From Phycisphaerae bacterium (GTDB taxonomy: Bacteria; Planctomycetota; Phycisphaerae; SM23-33), in the NCBI GenBank assembly GCA_030610965.1, contig JAUWQU010000001.1, positions 1-24,477 on the forward strand: a stretch of 24,477 bases of DNA, written 5' to 3'. Shown one piece after another: positions 8,794-15,785 of the stretch. The notes beneath the pieces were generated by a model. That model searched no databases. It was not told the origin of the DNA and was given only the letters and a program-made list of their open reading frames with translations. The position numbers and the translations under genes are program-made. Each line of letters begins with the position of its first letter. The first letter of the stretch is position 1.

Positions 8794-9786
8794 CTACTTC
8801 TCCCCCGGCCTGTACTCCTTCGTGCCGTCCTTGTCGCGGTAGATGATCACCGGCTTGGGCCGCGCGGGCCCCGTCGCCGGCTGGGTGCCCGGTTGTGTCG
8901 AGGCCGGGATACGAGGCCGGCGGCGCTGGGAGAACAACCAGTCCCATGCCGCCTGGCTGTCGTACACCTGGGCCCAGCACTTCGTAGCGGCGCCTTCCAG
9001 AACGGTGAACTTTGGACTGCCCCCCGCGGCCTTGAGTGCCTTGAACATGTCGCGCGGGTAGTGCAGGATCGGGCTCTTCTCGCCGGCGAAAACCCAGATC
9101 GGCACGTGAGCGAAACTCGCCGCCGAGTTCGGGTCGCCCCCGCCGCTTACCACCACGGCCGCCGCCCACATGTTCGGGTCCGCCCTCAACGCGTTGAACG
9201 TGCCGAACCCGCCCATCGCATGGCCCGTGACGTACAGCCGGTTTGGATCCAGGCCGAACTCGCGACCGACGTTATCCACCATCTGCAAGAGCACCGACAT
9301 CGACGGGAAGTGCTTTCGGCCGCGTTTAGGCCGGCTGTTGCCGTACGGCTCGTCGCCCCACCAGTTGGGGCTTTGCGGAGCGAGGACAAAGCATGGGTAT
9401 CGCTGCGACATCTCCGGCCTGGCCAGAACGCCGGCGGGGTACGTCGCGTGAAGCTGCAGGCTGTTGCCCTTGCCCTCGCCGGGGATGCCGTGCAGGCAGA
9501 CCACCAGCGGATATGCCTTGCCCGCGGCGTAGCCATTGGGCTTGAGCAGCCGGTATTCCATCGCATGCCCGTCGAGTGTGGTGAACGTGCGAGGCTCGTA
9601 GGCCTTCATGAGCATCGCCACGTCCGCGCCCTGCTTGCCGTGCTGGCCGGGAACCTTGGTGGTGACCTTTCGGCCGGAGGAGTCGCTGCCCCGCACCGGC
9701 CTGGCTGGCCTGGCCTGGGCGAGGCAGACCCCCGCCGCAAGCAGCAGCACTGACACCGACAAAGCGTTTCTCGCGATTCGATCCAT
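8794..9786 (-). CDS. Secreted alpha/beta-hydrolase-fold protein (COG4099 peptidase/esterase-like) with substituted catalytic triad
   Basis: SD GGAG and a signal peptide. YPLVVCLHG, PCFVLAPQ, LDPNRLYVTGHAMGGFGT (Ala at the nucleophile position), VPIWVFAG. Confidence 0.85.
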   Translation of the reverse strand: MDRIARNALSVSVLLLAAGVCLAQARPARPVRGSDSSGRKVTTKVPGQHGKQGADVAMLMKAYEPRTFTTLDGHAMEYRLLKPNGYAAGKAYPLVVCLHGIPGEGKGNSLQLHATYPAGVLARPEMSQRYPCFVLAPQSPNWWGDEPYGNSRPKRGRKHFPSMSVLLQMVDNVGREFGLDPNRLYVTGHAMGGFGTFNALRADPNMWAAAVVVSGGGDPNSAASFAHVPIWVFAGEKSPILHYPRDMFKALKAAGGSPKFTVLEGAATKCWAQVYDSQAAWDWLFSQRRRPRIPASTQPGTQPATGPARPKPVIIYRDKDGTKEYRPGEK

Positions 9787-9988
9787 GTGCGTCTCTCCGG
9801 TAACGCTCGCCCAACCGGGGCCCATCGACGCCCCCGCGCCGGATCGGCCTGGCCGGCACTGTAAACATCCGCTACGGATTATAACCGATCCGGCGCAAGC
9901 TGGTAGCGGAGAGCAGTCTGAAGCGATGTCGGTGGTCGACCTTCCTTTCTGGCAGCCTGCGCTTTACCCGGCCGATGCACGAGACAGA

Positions 9989-10183
9989 GGCTTCAGGGGG
10001 AAGGCTTCAGACTTCAGGCTTCAGGCTTCAGGCGCAGACAAAACGGCGGGAGCTTCGCAACTGCCGGCCACTGTTTCTTCTCCTGTAGCCTGAAGCCTGT
10101 AGCCTCTTCTCTTGTTGCCTGAAGCCTGAAGCCTGTAGCCTCTTCTCTTGTTGCCTGAAGTCTGAAGTCTGAAGTCTGAAGCC
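9989..10183. repeat. Inverted arrays of 7-bp repeats (GGCTTCA / TGAAGCC) with an internal 36-bp tandem duplication
   Basis: Left array 10003-10030 is the reverse complement of 10156-10183 (26/28). 10091-10126 and 10127-10162 match at 35/36. Confidence 0.9.
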
Positions 10184-10276
10184 TTATACCCCATCAAATG
10201 ATGGTTGTATAATGTGTTATGATCCGCCATGAAGAAATGTCGCTCATGTGATGTCGCGTTGGATTGCATATCGCTT

Positions 10277-10296
10277 ACTGCCGGAGGTGGGACTCG
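10277..10296 (-). repeat. att-like duplicate of the tRNA-Leu 3' end
   Basis: ACTGCCGGAGGTGGGACTCG vs 12583-12602 ACTGCCGGAGGAGGGACTTG: 18/20, first 11 nt identical, same orientation. Confidence 0.8.
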
Positions 10297-10302
10297 CGCC
10301 AA

Positions 10303-10393
10303 TGTGCCCGTTAGGGTATAAAAGGCTTTGACTTGCTAGCAGGAATGGCCGAAGATACGACAGGAACGGCAATATCGTACCCGATAGGGACAC
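10303..10393. promoter_or_regulatory. Two putative HipB operator pseudo-palindromes (CCC-N4-GGG core)
   Basis: TGTGCCC-GTTA-GGGTATA (10303-10320, overlapping a TATAAA -10-like hexamer) and CGTACCC-GATA-GGGACAC (10376-10393, inside the hipB 5' end). Confidence 0.4.
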
Positions 10394-10590
10394 TCATAGA
10401 CATAGCCAAGGAAATCGTGGCGATGCGCAAGGCGACCGGGCTGACCCAGGCCGAGTTCGCGCTGCGGGCAGGTGTTGGGCTGCGGTTCATTCGCGAGTTG
10501 GAGCATGGCAAGCCTACCGTCCGCCTGGACAAGGTCAACCAGGTGCTCTCGCTGCTGGGCTGTGAGCTCGGCGTGAGGATGAAGCCATGA
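10345..10590 (+). CDS. hipB: HipB-like XRE HTH regulator (y4mF family)
   Basis: RKATGLTQAEFALRAGVGLRFIRELEHGKPTVRLDKVNQVL. First gene of a translationally coupled trio. Confidence 0.9.
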   Translation: MAEDTTGTAISYPIGTLIDIAKEIVAMRKATGLTQAEFALRAGVGLRFIRELEHGKPTVRLDKVNQVLSLLGCELGVRMKP

Positions 10591-10910
10591 GCCGCCAAGC
10601 CGACGTGTTCTACCGTAACCGCCTGGCCGGTCGGCTCACGGAACTGCCCGAGGGAGGCTACAGGTTCGTCTATGACCAGGAGTACCTTCGTGACGGCGAG
10701 CCCATATCGCTGACGTTGCCTCTCCAGGCCGAGCCGTTTGAGTCGCAGACGCTGTTTCCGTTCTTCGCCGGGCTGGTGCCTGAGGGATGGTATCTCCACA
10801 TAGTTTCGCCCACGATCAAGGTGGATGAGCAAGACACGTTCGGCCTGCTGATAAAGACGTGCGGCGACTGTATAGGAGTCGTCAGCGCGCGGGAGGTCAC
10901 TGATGACTGA
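10587..10910 (+). CDS. hipS: HipA N-terminal-domain protein (HipS-like antitoxin)
   Basis: LAGRLTE...YRFVYDQEY...PISLTLPL...LFPFFAGLVPEGW. ATGA overlap with hipB. Confidence 0.85.
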   Translation: MSRQADVFYRNRLAGRLTELPEGGYRFVYDQEYLRDGEPISLTLPLQAEPFESQTLFPFFAGLVPEGWYLHIVSPTIKVDEQDTFGLLIKTCGDCIGVVSAREVTDD

Positions 10911-11790
10911 CTACGATGCCGACGCAAAAGACCTCCGGGCCATGTTCGGCAAGCCGATTAGGCCGACGATACCCATCGCGCTGTCCGAAGTGGCCATGCG
11001 GGCCCAAGAGTTGGCCGGCAAACTGAGCATCTCCGGCGTCCAGCCGAAGCTTTCCGTGCGGCTCGATGGCGAGCGATTGGTTACGGTCGAACGCGAGGGT
11101 CAGTTCATTCTCAAGCCGCAGAACCAGCAGTTTTCCGAGATGCCGCAGAACGAATACCTCTGCATGCAGATGGCCCGACGGTTCGGCCTGAACATAGCGC
11201 CGTGCCTTCTGCTGGAATTGGCCGATGGCTCACCGGCGTATTTGGTGAAGCGGTTCGACCGATTCAAGAAAGGCCGGCGCATCGAGAAGCTCGCCTGCGA
11301 AGACATGCAGCAGATTCTCGGCGGCCCTGACAAATACGCCGGCAGCCACGAGCAGATCGCCAAAGTCATCCAAGAGCATTGCCGCTTCGCTCCGCTGGAA
11401 CTCCAGCGACTGTTCGAAGTGACTATCTTCAACTTCGCCATCGGCAACGGCGACGCTCACAGGAAGAACTTCTCTTTGCTGACGCGGGAGGATGGGAACG
11501 TTGCATTGAGCCCGGTTTATGACCTGGTCTCATCCCGGCTGGTTATCCCGGAAGAAACCGTGGAACTGGCCCTGACCGTCAATGGCAAGCGGAAACGCCT
11601 GGACCGCGGCGACTTCCTGGCCTTCGCCGACCACCTGGCAATCGCCCCGAACTACGCCCAAGCCAAGCTGGTGGACTTGCTGGGCCACGCCGGCCGCTTC
11701 GAGCAGATGATTGCCGAGTCCGCCCTCAGTGCCCCGCTCCGGGACCGCCTGGCTGAAATCCTGGCCGGCCGCCTCAACCGCCTGCGGTAG
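10903..11790 (+). CDS. hipT: HipA-family Ser/Thr kinase toxin (HipT-like, split HipA)
   Basis: Gly-rich loop LSISGVQPK, YLVKRFDR, IGNGDAHRKNFS, LSPVYDL. Lacks the HipA N-terminal subdomain, which the upstream gene encodes. Confidence 0.9.
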   Translation: MTDYDADAKDLRAMFGKPIRPTIPIALSEVAMRAQELAGKLSISGVQPKLSVRLDGERLVTVEREGQFILKPQNQQFSEMPQNEYLCMQMARRFGLNIAPCLLLELADGSPAYLVKRFDRFKKGRRIEKLACEDMQQILGGPDKYAGSHEQIAKVIQEHCRFAPLELQRLFEVTIFNFAIGNGDAHRKNFSLLTREDGNVALSPVYDLVSSRLVIPEETVELALTVNGKRKRLDRGDFLAFADHLAIAPNYAQAKLVDLLGHAGRFEQMIAESALSAPLRDRLAEILAGRLNRLR

Positions 11791-11871
11791 CTGTGCGAGG
11801 CGCCTCTGGACCGCCGCTCAAGTGGGCCAGCCATCGCCACGCTGGCCAGAGCCTAGCCCGGAGCGAAATGG

Positions 11872-12252
11872 TTATTCGCGGGACTTGGTCGGCTCGGTGG
11901 CCGGTTGGGTGGCCGGCTTTTGCGTGAAGACCAGAACCATGCTGTTGCCGGCTTTGTTCTCGAAAAGGCCAAGGAGGACTTCGCCTTTCAGATGGCTCAG
12001 ATCTCGCCGCTTTTTGGCCCCGTCGACGGTATAAGTCACGGCCTTACCCGAACCACCGGCGTTCAGCTGATGGTCACCGATACCGCGGAATGGCCCATTA
12101 TGATCGCCCAGGGGTTCCTGGAGCTGCCAGCCGAAGTAGTTGCCCAACTGCGATGCCTGCTGGACGTTCTTTACGGGATACGGGGCCTGTTTGGAGCACC
12201 CCGCGAGCCAAGCCCCAACGATCAAGAGAGCAACCATGCCCGTGATTCGCAT
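11872..12252 (-). CDS. Hypothetical lipoprotein
   Basis: MRITGMVALLIVGAWLAGC lipobox, AAAGGA upstream, ATQPATEP tail. Confidence 0.75.
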   Translation of the reverse strand: MRITGMVALLIVGAWLAGCSKQAPYPVKNVQQASQLGNYFGWQLQEPLGDHNGPFRGIGDHQLNAGGSGKAVTYTVDGAKKRRDLSHLKGEVLLGLFENKAGNSMVLVFTQKPATQPATEPTKSRE

Positions 12253-12415
12253 GTCCCGAAATCCTTTCCTGTCGAACCGCACCAAGAACTCCCCGACCCA
12301 CTCAGATCCACTGGCCTATATGAATAACCGTCCCTTCATGAAGGCCCACCCACACCTTGTCCCAACTATGCGGTGGATGGCATTTGTACGTTGCTGGTCA
12401 TGCTCCCAGCCGTTT

Positions 12416-12437
12416 TGGCGCACTGTATGGCGCACTG
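12416..12437. repeat. Tandem 10-bp direct repeat resembling integrase arm-type sites
   Basis: TGGCGCACTG-TA-TGGCGCACTG, about 146 bp from the tRNA 3' end. Confidence 0.6.
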
Positions 12438-12584
12438 AATGTATTCTCTGATTGTCGTTGGTTGTCGCACGTTGGCGCGTGTTGGCAGAGCCCTTGCTCT
12501 GCAGCTGGGATTCGCGATCCCCGACGAAACACGACACGAGCGTCTTTGTCGCGTCCTGACGCTTCGGGACGCAGTGCGTCGCAC

Positions 12585-12668
12585 TGCCGGAGGAGGGACT
12601 TGAACCCTCACTCTGTTGCCAGAACGGGATTTTGAATCCCGCGCGTCTGCCAATTCCGCCACTCCGGC
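12585..12668 (-). tRNA. tRNA-Leu(CAA)
   Basis: Acceptor GCCGGAG/CTCCGGC + A, anticodon arm CGGGA-TTCAAAA-TCCCG, long variable arm TCTG-GCAA-CAGA, T arm GAGGG-TTCAAGT-CCCTC. CCA not encoded. Confidence 0.97.
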
Positions 12669-12744
12669 TACGTAATGCTGAGATGGTCAGTTTACGCAAT
12701 CGGTGGAAAAAGGCAAGGTCTCGGATTGCGAACGGGCGCAAATC

Positions 12745-12854
12745 CCGGCTTGGCCGATGCCGACGGCTGGGGCGATGCACTCGGCGACGAATCGTTCGGC
12801 CGGAGCGGACATGTGCCCTCCCTAGTATCCCAGGCGTATGAATCGCCCCCGCCA
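12745..12854 (-). pseudogene. Displaced 3' fragment of the alpha/beta hydrolase gene at 14901-15707, with a nonsense mutation
   Basis: 12754-12854 vs 14941-15041 align without gaps at 90/101. Translation RFIRLGY*GGHMSAPAERFVAECIAPAVGIGQ; TGG became TAG. Confidence 0.85.
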
Positions 12855-13088
12855 GCGTCGCGATGGCCTGGCGGATGTGGTCCGGAAGGGCTGACCAGTT
12901 GCCGGCCAGGGAGGCGAGTTCGGAGGGGATGGCAAACCGTAGCACGGGCGTCCCGGTCAGGCAGGAAGATGTCCCAAATGGGTGTAGGCGCAGTTCCGGG
13001 GGGCGGGTATAATACGAGTGGTTCGGCCCGACAGCGGTGTCCGGCAGCTCATCTGGGAAATCCCGGGTGATAGAGAAGGCCCCATCCG

Positions 13089-13739
13089 ATGCTGAGCGAC
13101 AGGAAACGTCTGCTCCTGCTGATAGGCCTGGCGGCGGCCCTGGCCGTGGTATACGTCGCGGTGCGTGGCGTGCCAGGCTGGAGTGAGTCCCCCAGCGCCG
13201 ACGCGGGAGATTCCACCGATGGGCCTCCGGCCGGGCGCAAAAACGTCCCCGAGCGCGCCGAGGTGGCAGCTCGCCGTCACGAGGTGACAGTTCGCCGTCG
13301 CGAGGTGGCCCGCATCGCGGTCCAGAGGAAGCACGAGTATCTGCCTCAGCTCAAGAAGGCGGCCGCCGACCCGGACTGGAAGGTGCGGCACGCCGCGGTG
13401 GACGGCGTCGGGCGCCTGGAGCGGGAAGGGGACCCGCAATTCCTGATCGGCGTGCTGCGCAACGGCGACGAGCAGGCCGATGTGCGCGCCGCCGCGGCAG
13501 AACGCCTCGGGGAAATGAGGTTCTGGGAAGCCGGGCCGGCCATCATCGACGCCATGGAGGACCCCTCGGCCCTGCTGCGGGCACGGGCCGGCGTCGCCCT
13601 GAGAAGGATCGTGGTCGTCGACTTCGGTTACCGGGCCAGCGACCCCCCCGACCGCCGCAGCGAGGTGATCAAGAAGATCCGCGAGCTGTGGCCATGGTTC
13701 TACGAACGTTTCGCCGGGCGGGAAAAGGCGAAAGGATGA
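13089..13739 (+). CDS. Membrane-anchored HEAT-repeat protein
   Basis: N-terminal TM helix. DPDWKVRHAAVDGVG, ADVRAAAAERLG, DPSALLRARAGVAL repeats. TATAAT at 13008-13013 upstream. Confidence 0.85.
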   Translation: MLSDRKRLLLLIGLAAALAVVYVAVRGVPGWSESPSADAGDSTDGPPAGRKNVPERAEVAARRHEVTVRRREVARIAVQRKHEYLPQLKKAAADPDWKVRHAAVDGVGRLEREGDPQFLIGVLRNGDEQADVRAAAAERLGEMRFWEAGPAIIDAMEDPSALLRARAGVALRRIVVVDFGYRASDPPDRRSEVIKKIRELWPWFYERFAGREKAKG

Positions 13740-13743
13740 GGAT

Positions 13744-14793
13744 ATGAGCCAGTTGAAGAGGCGTGCTTTTACGTTGGCGGAGTTGATCTTCGTCGCGGCC
13801 ATCATCGCCCTGCTCGTGGCGATCATCATGCCGTCTTTGACGGGGGCTGTCGCGACTCAGCGGCGGGTGGAGTGCGCCTTGCACCTGGAGAAGATCGGGC
13901 AGGCCTGCGCGACCCGCAGCGCGACCCGGAACATGGGCGGCCTGTTCGGTGGCCAGGTGGCCCCGACTGGCTGGCAGTACGCGCTGAGGAGCTTCGTGTC
14001 GAACGACAAGGGCGTCTTCATCTGCCCGGAAGACGGCAACCCGGCGCCCGATCCTGGCGGGGGGCTCAAAGGCGTCTGCATCGAGTGTTATTCTGGGGGC
14101 AGCTTCTTGTGGGATGTGTACCTTGACCAAGCGGACTCCGACCAATGGATATGGAAGATGTCCGGGACGCAATTCAAGGAGTTCATGAAGGTCTCCGGAG
14201 AGGGAAGAACCACTACCTACAAGGGCGTCTACACCAATACGGGGTACGTCGAGGACGAAGACCCATACACCATGTACTTCACCTTCGAGGACACCGCGCC
14301 GTGGGGCGGGGGAGACCAGGACTTCTACGACGTGGTCCTCGAAGCTCGCTACACCGAGTCTGAGATCCACTTCGCCGTCATGGTTCGCGCGTCGGGCATG
14401 AGCTTCTCCCTCTGCAAGAAGGACCCCGGCAGGAAGGTTCTCATCGCCAACCCGAGGGTTGGGGACACGTCTTCGGTCCCGTTCTACGGCGGCAAATCGA
14501 GCTACGGCATGAACTCCATGTCGGGCGAGATCCTCCCTCCCAAGCGGAAGCTCCTGGTCATGGACTACGAGCGGTCAGTCGCCGTCGGCTCCACCTACGA
14601 CGAGGGCACGGGCCGTGCCGAACACCTGAGCTACTGGGATCCGAAACCGCAGGATCTGCGGGCCCCGCCGACGTTCGCCAGGCACTTTGGAAAGTCCAAC
14701 GTGCTCTTCGCCGACGGAAGCGTGCAACTCATGAGCCCCGAGGCCATCAATCCCAACGACCCCGAGAACACCCGGAAGTACTGGGATCCGTAA
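13744..14793 (+). CDS. Prepilin-type N-terminal cleavage/methylation protein with C-terminal H-X9-DG motif
   Basis: KRRAFTLAELIFVAAIIALLVAIIMPSL and RHFGKSNVLFADGSV. Confidence 0.9.
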   Translation: MSQLKRRAFTLAELIFVAAIIALLVAIIMPSLTGAVATQRRVECALHLEKIGQACATRSATRNMGGLFGGQVAPTGWQYALRSFVSNDKGVFICPEDGNPAPDPGGGLKGVCIECYSGGSFLWDVYLDQADSDQWIWKMSGTQFKEFMKVSGEGRTTTYKGVYTNTGYVEDEDPYTMYFTFEDTAPWGGGDQDFYDVVLEARYTESEIHFAVMVRASGMSFSLCKKDPGRKVLIANPRVGDTSSVPFYGGKSSYGMNSMSGEILPPKRKLLVMDYERSVAVGSTYDEGTGRAEHLSYWDPKPQDLRAPPTFARHFGKSNVLFADGSVQLMSPEAINPNDPENTRKYWDP

Positions 14794-14900
14794 GGGAAAG
14801 CCCTGACCGGACTCGAAGGTGGATCCCCTGTAAGAAGGCCCCGCCCCGCCAGTGCCAGAGCGAAGCTCAAGCGGAGCCGGGCAGTTGGCGACAGATCGCG

Positions 14901-15707
14901 TCACGTTGGATTACTTTCCCCCAAGCCGGCTTGTGCCTGCCCGATGCCCGCGGCTGGGACGATGCACTCGGCGATGAATCGCTCGGCCGGGGCGGACATG
15001 TGCCCTCCCCAGTAGCCCAGGCGTATGAAACGCGGCCGCCATCGCACCTGTTTGACCTTCTCGCAGTGCGGGCCGCGATACCCAAGCGTGCCGATCGAAG
15101 GTGTGAAGACGCGGTCCGCCGTGCCGACGATGAGTGTCCCCAAGCCTACCACCACGTCAAACGGGGAAGATGTGACCACGACTTGGCCGCTCACTCGGCT
15201 CGCCGCGGGGTTAAGGTCGCGCCATGGCGAAAACGCCGCCGCCAGCAGCGTGCAGGAATCCACCCGCACATCGCCCGGCAGAAGTTCCAGAGCGGCAACG
15301 GCAATATAGCCGCCGCAGGAATAGCCTATCAGGTGAATCGGCAGGTCGCTTCGGCGCTTGCGCAGTTCGGTGATGTGGTCGGCGAGTCGCTGCGCCTCGG
15401 CGGCCAGGAATGACCTGGCCGCGATGGTCGGCAGCACCAGCATGGCTCGCCACGTGGGGTCCCAGTCCCAGAGGCGGAACTCGCCACCGAAGCCGCCTCG
15501 CCGCAGGCCTGCCTCGGCCTCGCAGCGTCCCCAACGCACGCCCAGCCATCGAAGCGGCTCGACGAAAATGACCGTGCCCTCATCCGGGCTGCCTCCAGAC
15601 GTCGGGCGGGCGCGCAGAACCGCCATCAGGCGAGGAACCGCGAATATCGCCAGCGCGGCCGTCCCCACCGCCAGCAGAGCAACGTCGACATATGCACAGG
15701 CGAACAT
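14901..15707 (-). CDS. Membrane-anchored alpha/beta hydrolase-fold protein
   Basis: N-terminal hydrophobic helix, nucleophile elbow IHLIGYSCGG, LLAAA, C-terminal GGH. Confidence 0.75.
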   Translation of the reverse strand: MFACAYVDVALLAVGTAALAIFAVPRLMAVLRARPTSGGSPDEGTVIFVEPLRWLGVRWGRCEAEAGLRRGGFGGEFRLWDWDPTWRAMLVLPTIAARSFLAAEAQRLADHITELRKRRSDLPIHLIGYSCGGYIAVAALELLPGDVRVDSCTLLAAAFSPWRDLNPAASRVSGQVVVTSSPFDVVVGLGTLIVGTADRVFTPSIGTLGYRGPHCEKVKQVRWRPRFIRLGYWGGHMSAPAERFIAECIVPAAGIGQAQAGLGESNPT

Positions 15708-15785
15708 ACCGCGAACTTAACCCGCGGCCCACGGAATCGCCATAGTCGAGTGGGTTCGCTCTGCAGTCCCCGCCGCGCCCCCCGA

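Larger units (their letters stand above)
10277..12602. mobile_element. tRNA-Leu-anchored genomic islet without integrase (hipBST + lipoprotein)
   Basis: Bounded by direct repeats of the tRNA 3' end. Carries a TA cassette and a tandem arm-site-like repeat at 12416-12437. Confidence 0.65.

Noticed and set aside
10091-10162. 36-bp repeat pair as a CRISPR array
   Set aside because: Copies are directly adjacent with no spacer, are built of heptamers, and no cas genes are present.
10021-10302. 93-aa ORF with RLQASGNKRRGY repeats
   Set aside because: Translation artefact of the heptamer repeat element.
10229-10321. 30-aa ORF MKKCRSC... with CxxC
   Set aside because: No SD, very short, and it spans the att repeat and operator region.
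12316-12945. 209-aa minus ORF and other ORFs spanning tRNA-Leu
   Set aside because: They run through the tRNA and the frameshifted pseudogene fragment, so they are not a coherent gene.
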